Shown: in pieces, positions 26,284 through 32,000 of the stretch
Layout: the number at the start of each line of letters is the position of its first letter
How positions within the stretch are numbered: the stretch's first letter is position 1
Assembly (NCBI RefSeq): GCF_947492175.1
Contig: NZ_CANLMQ010000019.1
DNA length: 32,000 bases
Source of the DNA: an uncultured Draconibacterium sp.
GTDB lineage: Bacteria; Bacteroidota; Bacteroidia; Bacteroidales; Prolixibacteraceae
Direction: 5' to 3' (one strand)
The notes under the pieces: generated by a model
The model's input: the letters and a program-made list of their open reading frames with translations, nothing else
Database searches by the model: none
Told to the model about the DNA's origin: nothing
Translations under genes and position numbers: made by a program

Positions 26284-26336
26284 TTGAGAAAGGATTTTGT
26301 TTAAAAACGATGGAACGAAATCATTCAACTCCTCAA

Positions 26337-26987
26337 TCACTCAATCACGCCATCTTTTATATGGATGATTCTATCCGAACGTTCGGCAAAGTGATCGTCG
26401 TGGGTAACAATTATAAAAGTTTGTCCCAGATCATCACGAAGTTTAAAAAGTAATTCGTGCAGCTCGTCGCGGTTTGCCGAATCAAGGTTTCCCGATGGCT
26501 CATCAGCCATTACAACCGACGGACTGTTAACTAAGGCACGTGCCATTGCAATCCGTTGTTTTTCGCCACCGGAAAGTTCTGCCGGTTTGTGTTCCATTCT
26601 GTCGGCCAGCCCCAAATATGCAATTAATTCCTTTGCCTTTGCCTCAGCCTTTGCTTTTGGGGTTTTGGCTATAAATGCAGGAATGCAAACATTCTCAAGA
26701 GCAGTAAACTCAGGCAGTAAATGATGAAACTGGAATACAAAGCCAATTTCTTTATTCCGGAAAGCCGCCAGTTGCTTTTCAGAAAAGGATGAGATCTTTT
26801 GGTCGTTAAAAAAGATTTCGCCGCTATCAGGTTTACTTAGCGTACCCAGTATCTGCAAAAGCGTGGTTTTTCCGGCTCCACTTGCACCAACAATTGAATA
26901 CAACTTACCTGCAGGAATATCGAGGTTAATTCCTTTTAAAACCTCCAGTTTCCCAAACGACTTTGTTATGTTATCTGCTTTAATCAA
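26337..26987 (-). CDS. ABC transporter ATP-binding protein (LolD/MacB-type)
   Basis: 216 aa with a Walker A (GASGAGKTT), a Q-loop, the signature LSGGEKQR and a Walker B ([11 protein letters not shown]). The ORF-head start is TTG (26987-26985), 9 nt after the upstream stop. Confidence 0.88.
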   Translation of the reverse strand: MIKADNITKSFGKLEVLKGINLDIPAGKLYSIVGASGAGKTTLLQILGTLSKPDSGEIFFNDQKISSFSEKQLAAFRNKEIGFVFQFHHLLPEFTALENVCIPAFIAKTPKAKAEAKAKELIAYLGLADRMEHKPAELSGGEKQRIAMARALVNSPSVVMADEPSGNLDSANRDELHELLFKLRDDLGQTFIIVTHDDHFAERSDRIIHIKDGVIE

Positions 26988-26996
26988 TACGAACGT

Positions 26997-28049
26997 TTAA
27001 AATAGTAAACCCATTCCGTATAATTTTAGTATCTCGTTGAGTACATAAAAAATATAAGTGGCGATTAAAATTCCTCCGGTAAGTTTTCCTACCTTCCATT
27101 TTTTCACCAGCAACAACAGAACCAGCAATACTACCGAGGCAGCCAAAATAAGTGCCGAACTAACCAGATTGCCTCCAGTGGAAATTGCCTCGCCCGACAT
27201 GGACATTACAATTAGAAAAGGAAGCCCCAATCCAACAAGTATATCAAAAATATTTGATCCAATGGCATTGCTAACCGCCATATCGCCCCTACCCTGTTTG
27301 GCCACTATTATAGACGAAAACAAATCGGGGATTGATGTTCCGACAGCCAGAACCGTTAAAGCAATAATGGCTTCAGGAATATTTAGCGCATGTGCCGCAT
27401 GTACAGCCACTTCAACCAAAACATAACTTAAAGCAGCAATAATAAGAATAGAAATTATAAATACCAGGTAGTAGCGTTCCGCCGCTGGGAAAATAAAATG
27501 CAGCAGCTTATCAACCGGTTTTGTTACTTTATTGTGTTCGCCATGTGCTTCCTCCACACTTTCGTCACACTCCACATCGGAATACGGTAGGATTTTACGC
27601 CAGTACACAACGGCAACTACATATAATACATAAACGATAAGAAACAGAACTGCTTCGTGAAACGAAAACGTTCCGTCCCAAATAACATGAACCAACAAAC
27701 CAACCGCGATTGCATAAAAGAACAAATCGCGAACTACGGGTTGCCAGGTAAGTTTTGCCTGTTTTACCCAGGCAGCTGCGCCGACAATGGCCAGCAAATT
27801 AAAAATGGCGCTTCCCACAATACTTCCAATCCCAATTACCTGGTGGTCGCCGGGTTTTATTACTGCAAAAAGTGCCACAAACAGTTCGGGAGCACTTGAA
27901 CCAACTGCCATTAATGTAGCGCCCGCAGCATCGCTTGAGAGTCGCAGGTCTTTCGAAATTTTATCGAGCGAAGCAATAAAAAACAAATCGACGACACGGG
28001 CAAGTAAAACAAAACAAGCCAGTAATGCCAATATGTAAAGTAGTATCAT
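26997..28049 (-). CDS. Ca2+/cation antiporter (CaCA, YrbG-type Na+/Ca2+ exchanger)
   Basis: Polytopic membrane protein with the two alpha-repeat signatures GSSAPELF and GTSIPDLF. The start is taken at the ATG at 28049; the track start at 28052 is a TTG one codon upstream. Confidence 0.85.
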   Translation of the reverse strand: MILLYILALLACFVLLARVVDLFFIASLDKISKDLRLSSDAAGATLMAVGSSAPELFVALFAVIKPGDHQVIGIGSIVGSAIFNLLAIVGAAAWVKQAKLTWQPVVRDLFFYAIAVGLLVHVIWDGTFSFHEAVLFLIVYVLYVVAVVYWRKILPYSDVECDESVEEAHGEHNKVTKPVDKLLHFIFPAAERYYLVFIISILIIAALSYVLVEVAVHAAHALNIPEAIIALTVLAVGTSIPDLFSSIIVAKQGRGDMAVSNAIGSNIFDILVGLGLPFLIVMSMSGEAISTGGNLVSSALILAASVVLLVLLLLVKKWKVGKLTGGILIATYIFYVLNEILKLYGMGLLF

Positions 28050-28076
28050 CAAAAGAAATGTATTTGGAATTACGTA

Positions 28077-28343
28077 TTAATCTTCAAAACGATCCTTAAT
28101 ACCTTGTTTGATCTCGTCGGTTTCTTTAGTTACTGTAGAAGATACGTCGTCGATGTCTTTCTTAATATCCGATGTATGCTCGTTCAGCTCGCGTTTGATC
28201 TCGTTAGTGGCTTTCTTAAACTCACGCATCCCTTTACCCAATGTTTTAGCAATATCCGGGATAGCTTTCGAGCCAAAAAACAGTAAAGCCAAAAGCATCA
28301 CCAAAACAATTTCGCCGCCACTTATAAATAATAAATACTGCAT
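28077..28343 (-). CDS. tatA: twin-arginine translocase TatA/TatE family subunit
   Basis: The start is taken at the ATG at 28343 (MQYLLFISGGEIVLVMLLALLFFGSKAIPDIAKTLGKGMREFKKA). It has a TM helix, the FG hinge and an amphipathic helix. The track start at 28364 is a TTG. Confidence 0.9.
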   Translation of the reverse strand: MQYLLFISGGEIVLVMLLALLFFGSKAIPDIAKTLGKGMREFKKATNEIKRELNEHTSDIKKDIDDVSSTVTKETDEIKQGIKDRFED

Positions 28344-28361
28344 TGTTAAAATTTTAGAACA

Positions 28362-28369
28362 CAAAGATA
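28362..28369 (-). promoter_or_regulatory. candidate -7 promoter box (TATCTTTG) for tatA
   Basis: The minus-strand TATCTTTG matches TAnnTTTG and ends 18 nt upstream of the tatA ATG. A second identical copy sits at 28400-28407 inside the hairpin loop. There is no well-spaced -33 TTTG. Confidence 0.35.
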
Positions 28370-28371
28370 TA

Positions 28372-28438
28372 AAAAGACAGAAGTCGGAAGACCGAAGACC
28401 AAAGATATTTTACCTCTGTCTTCCGGCTTCCGACCTCC
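28372..28438 (-). terminator. long imperfect hairpin built from tandem heptads; probable secDF terminator or processing site
   Basis: Positions 28379-28399 pair with 28418-28438. That gives 21 positions: 17 Watson-Crick, 2 G-U and 2 mismatches, with an 18-nt loop. On the minus strand the stem is followed by GUCUUUUUAUAU. Confidence 0.55.
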
Positions 28439-28451
28439 AACTTAAATTAGC

Positions 28452-31400
28452 TTACTTCTTCTTAATTTTTCCAACTACTTTTGCTACTCTTTTCTGAGTA
28501 TCGAATGCAATAGGTGTTGCAATAAACAATGAAGAATACGTACCCACAAGCACACCAACTAACAATGCGAAGGTGAATCCCTGAATTGTTGCACCTCCAA
28601 ACAGGAAGATCGCCAACAATACAACAAATGTTGATAATGATGTACTAAATGTACGACGCAATGTGCTGTTCAGCGCTTCGTCAACATTCAGGTCTCTGTC
28701 GCGTTTTGGATGCAGGCCAAGATATTCCCTGATACGGTCGAATACAACCACGGTATCGTTGATAGAATAACCCAGTACTGTAAGAATTGCTGCAATAAAT
28801 GCCTGGTCGATTTCTAGCGAGAATGGCAGAACTCCGTACAACAATGAGAAGATACCCAATACAATTAACGAGTCGTGTGCCAGTGCAGCCACAGCTCCCA
28901 AACCATATTGCCAGTTGCGGAAACGAAGCAGGATATACAGGAATATAATAATCAGCGAGAAGCCAATTGCAATGGCCGAATCTTTACGAATATCATCTGA
29001 AATAGTTGGCCCTACTTTTTGCGAACTCTGCTGATATACATCGGTAAATTGTTCAAGCGTAACACTATTGTCGATAAAGCCACCTTCTTTTAAGCCTTGC
29101 ATCAACAAAGCTTCAACTTCGTTATCAACATTTTCGCTGTGATCATCAATTTTAAAGTCGGTAGTAATACGAACCTGGTTGTTTGTACCAAATGTTTTTA
29201 CTTCAGGAGCCGATTCAAATACTCCGGTTAATGCATCCTGCACCTCGTGAACTTTTACATCCTCTTCGAAACGAACAACATAAGTACGACCACCTTTAAA
29301 GTCGATACCGTAATTTAACCCGCGAACAAAGAAAGATCCGATAGACAGAACGATAAACAAACCTGAAATCACGTAAAAGATTTTTCTTTTCTCGAGGAAT
29401 TTAATTTTAGTGTTACGTAACCAGTTTTCTGTTTTCGACGATGCAAACAAGATGGTTCCACCTTTGCGTAATTGCCATTCGAAAATTAAACGGGTTAAGA
29501 AAATTGCAGAGAAAAGAGAAGTCAGGATACCAACAATAAGAGTTGTTGCGAAACCTTTAATCGGGCCCGAACCAAACATATAAAGTACAATACCTGTAAG
29601 CAATGTAGTTACCTGACCATCGATAATTGCCGAATAAGCGTTTTTGTAACCATCGGTAATGGCCAGTTTAATTCCTTTACCGGCGCGTAATTCTTCCTGT
29701 ACACGTTCGTAAATAAGTACGTTGGCATCAACCGACATACCAATTGTAAGTACAATACCGGCAATACCAGGCAGTGTAAGAACTGCACCTAACGAAGCAA
29801 GAATACCAAAAATGAAGAACATGTTGGCCACCAAAGCAATGTTTGCTGCCAAACCTGCATTTTTACTGTAGAAGAAAAGCATGTAAACAAGTACCAGTGC
29901 GAAGGCAATGATGAACGAAATTAATCCGCTGTTGATTGCTTCCTGCCCCAGTGAAGGACCTACAATGTCTTCCTGAATAATACGTGCAGGAGCAGGCATT
30001 TTACCCGATTTCAACACGTTTGCAAGGTCTTTTGCCTCTTCAATACTTTCCAAACCTGTAATACTTGAGCGACCACCAGGGATTTCTCCGTTTACAGTTG
30101 GGAACGAACGAACATAATCATCTAAAACAATAGCGATTGATTTACCAACGTTTTCTTTGGTCATTCGTTGCCAGATTTTAGCTCCTTCGGTGTTCATTTG
30201 CATCGATACTTCAGGATTTGAACCAAACTGATCGAAGTCCTGACGCGCATCGGTAATTGCTTCACCATCGAGAGGAGCACGTCCGTCGCGCGAAGTAACT
30301 TTTAAGGCAATTAAACGGTAGTAGTTGCCTGCAGCATCTACCGATTTAGCTGTCCATTTAAAAATCATATCCCTTGGGAAAATACTTTTCACCTGTGGGT
30401 TATTCAGATAAGCATTAACTTTTGCAGTATCTTTTGCGTGTGCCATACCAACAGACGGACCAGGGAAAAGCTGACCTGATTGATCGGTACTTGGATTTAA
30501 AACAGCAAATAACGGATACTGAGCTTTAAAACCAGCCAGGTTATCTATTGCTGCAGTTGAATCGTTTTCGGCACCGGCTTCCAACTCCGAAAGTAACGAG
30601 TTTTCATCTTCTTCGGTAGCTGCTGCTTCTTCTGTTGCTTCAGGTGCTGCTTCAGGTGCAGCTTCCGGCTCAACAGTCAGAGCTTCCATTTCTTTAATTT
30701 TCTGGTTTGCCTGAAGCATGTACTGATATACTTCCTGGTTTTCGTATGTTTCCCAGAATTCAAGATTAGCTGTTCCCTGCAACAGGTTACGTACCCTGTT
30801 TTGATCTTTAACACCCGGAAGTTCAACCAGGATACGACCGTCGGTTTGCAACAGCTGGATATTTGGTTGTGCCACACCAAAGCGGTCGATACGAGTACGC
30901 AAAATATTGAATGCGTTACCGATAGCAGCGTTGGTTTCGGTGCGAATAATGGCTAAAACCTGGGCATTGGTAGTGTTAAAGTTAATTTTATCGCGAAGCT
31001 CAAGCGTATTAAAAACCGACGCTAATTTTGCATTCGGATCAATTTCTTCGAAAGCCTGTCCGAACAATGTTACAAAATCAGCCTGGCTGTTTGTTTGTAA
31101 TTCGGTTGCACGATTAAGGGCTTTATTAAATGTTTCGTCGTCGCTGTAATTCGACATTGCCCTGATAATGTCTTTTACTTCAACCTGAAGAGTAACGTTC
31201 ATACCACCTTTAAGGTCGAGACCCAGGTTCATTTCAAGTTCCTGAACATCTTTAAACGTATATTTTTTAAGTCCAAGGAAATTGTAAACAACTTCACTTT
31301 TCATTGAGTCAAGGTAATTGAATTCCAGTTCAGGATTACCTTGTGCATACTCTTCAGCAGCTTTTTTAATTTGTTGCGATTTCCAGGTAAACGATAACTG

Positions 31401-31460
31401 GAAAAGACAAACCGCTGCCAACAGAATTGCAAATGTTAAAATTGCACCTTTGTTTTGCAT
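28452..31460 (-). CDS. secDF: protein translocase subunit SecDF (fused)
   Basis: 1002 aa with an N-terminal TM helix, a large periplasmic P1 domain with an acidic PEAAPEAAPEA linker, and then two six-TM SecD and SecF modules. Confidence 0.95.
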   Translation of the reverse strand: MQNKGAILTFAILLAAVCLFQLSFTWKSQQIKKAAEEYAQGNPELEFNYLDSMKSEVVYNFLGLKKYTFKDVQELEMNLGLDLKGGMNVTLQVEVKDIIRAMSNYSDDETFNKALNRATELQTNSQADFVTLFGQAFEEIDPNAKLASVFNTLELRDKINFNTTNAQVLAIIRTETNAAIGNAFNILRTRIDRFGVAQPNIQLLQTDGRILVELPGVKDQNRVRNLLQGTANLEFWETYENQEVYQYMLQANQKIKEMEALTVEPEAAPEAAPEATEEAAATEEDENSLLSELEAGAENDSTAAIDNLAGFKAQYPLFAVLNPSTDQSGQLFPGPSVGMAHAKDTAKVNAYLNNPQVKSIFPRDMIFKWTAKSVDAAGNYYRLIALKVTSRDGRAPLDGEAITDARQDFDQFGSNPEVSMQMNTEGAKIWQRMTKENVGKSIAIVLDDYVRSFPTVNGEIPGGRSSITGLESIEEAKDLANVLKSGKMPAPARIIQEDIVGPSLGQEAINSGLISFIIAFALVLVYMLFFYSKNAGLAANIALVANMFFIFGILASLGAVLTLPGIAGIVLTIGMSVDANVLIYERVQEELRAGKGIKLAITDGYKNAYSAIIDGQVTTLLTGIVLYMFGSGPIKGFATTLIVGILTSLFSAIFLTRLIFEWQLRKGGTILFASSKTENWLRNTKIKFLEKRKIFYVISGLFIVLSIGSFFVRGLNYGIDFKGGRTYVVRFEEDVKVHEVQDALTGVFESAPEVKTFGTNNQVRITTDFKIDDHSENVDNEVEALLMQGLKEGGFIDNSVTLEQFTDVYQQSSQKVGPTISDDIRKDSAIAIGFSLIIIFLYILLRFRNWQYGLGAVAALAHDSLIVLGIFSLLYGVLPFSLEIDQAFIAAILTVLGYSINDTVVVFDRIREYLGLHPKRDRDLNVDEALNSTLRRTFSTSLSTFVVLLAIFLFGGATIQGFTFALLVGVLVGTYSSLFIATPIAFDTQKRVAKVVGKIKKK

Positions 31461-31592
31461 TTGATTTTAATTTAAATGTTTATTTAATTTTTTGAAAATA
31501 TTTTACTTAAAAGCAATTGAATTCACTCCGAATTCTGTGGAAAAAGAGAATTATCCACACCGTTAAAACTCCCTAAGATAAAGGAGAATTAC

Positions 31593-32000
31593 TTACGCCA
31601 ACGGGTCTTCGTCGGGGCGGGTAAAAAAGTGGTTTTGAAAAACCAGGTAATGATACGACTGAATAATGGGAGCTGTTTGAGTTTGCTCCTCGGCCTGTAG
31701 TACCTGGTAGTTTCTCAGCTGATGATATTTTCTGAGAAATTTGTCGTGCAACTGCACCTGTAATTTTCGGTCGGAAGTTTTAAGAACCTGTGTTTTCAAA
31801 CTCACTGTAGTAGTTTGGCCGATTACATAAATATGCTCAGGTTCGGAAGTATGTCTTCCCGATTCGGCAGAAATGTTCTTAAGTCCATCAGGATTGTTTT
31901 CAAAATAATTATCGAGCAAAACCGCACCACCAACGATAGCTATTATTACAGCTAACCTGGTTAACAATTTACGGGTGATATTTATTCTGAATTTTAGCAT
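31593..32000 (-). CDS. hypothetical membrane-anchored protein; its start coincides with the window edge and may lie beyond it
   Basis: ORF of 135 aa with one N-terminal TM helix (LAVIIAIVGGAVLL). I recognise no family. The ATG sits exactly at 32000-31998, so the true start cannot be verified. Confidence 0.4.
   Translation of the reverse strand: MLKFRINITRKLLTRLAVIIAIVGGAVLLDNYFENNPDGLKNISAESGRHTSEPEHIYVIGQTTTVSLKTQVLKTSDRKLQVQLHDKFLRKYHQLRNYQVLQAEEQTQTAPIIQSYHYLVFQNHFFTRPDEDPLA

Noticed and set aside
26230-26297. The tandem short repeats considered as a CRISPR array or CRISPR remnant.
   Set aside because: The units are only 7-8 nt, are directly abutting with no spacers, and no cas genes are present.
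421-28497. Many 60-170-aa ORFs in the supplied track lie antisense to, or out of frame within, large well-supported genes. Examples are 421-636, 917-1282, 3423-3710, 6274-6812, 7795-8244, 8595-8951, 11315-11686, 13755-14255, 15088-15417, 25520-25968, 27058-27426, 27657-28038 and 28108-28497.
   Set aside because: Each is fully embedded in a gene whose product has clear family motifs. Their translations are low-complexity or Ser/Phe/Ile/Leu-rich, as expected from the reverse strand of AT-rich coding DNA, and none shows a recognisable motif.
31530-31553. The inverted repeat TGTGGA-N12-TCCACA and the duplicated GAATTC sites between the last hypothetical gene and secDF.
   Set aside because: The stem is only 6 bp with no U-tract on the transcribed strand, so it is too weak to call a terminator or operator.

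Overview
This window reads as a gene-dense, AT-rich core-chromosome segment of a Bacteroidota-type genome. The phylum call rests on TTTG/TAnnTTTG-type promoter boxes, a fused SecDF, mostly Shine-Dalgarno-poor A-rich leaders, and ORF6N, DUF58 and TIGR02757 family genes. I support about 31 protein genes, one of them a truncated ppa at the left edge, plus one tRNA-Glu(UUC) and several intrinsic terminators. Most genes are housekeeping: comM, trxA, dnaE, HIT, greA, ahcY, recQ, tatC, lptB, rpsT, radC, upp, tatA, secDF, a LolD-like ABC ATPase, a CaCA antiporter and trmN6. I see no transposase, integrase, CRISPR array, restriction or toxin genes, or any recognisable defence system, and no pseudogenes. 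The best candidate for undescribed biology is a tightly packed four-gene cassette at 18207-22541, apparently co-transcribed with radC and upp. It has two CE4-type deacetylases and two GNAT/FemAB-like acyltransferases, none with a signal peptide. It looks like an N-deacetylation/re-acylation module acting on an unknown amino-sugar substrate. Secondary curiosities: a lipoprotein with a Rieske-like motif whose second His ligand is Cys; a Tat-signal lipoprotein aldo/keto reductase with an FN3-like tail; a heptad-built hairpin between secDF and tatA; a degenerate octamer tandem array upstream of a TIGR02757 gene; repeat-rich divergent promoter regions; and an HhH-glycosylase-like signature in the TIGR02757 protein. 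All product calls come from motif recognition by eye. No database search was run.
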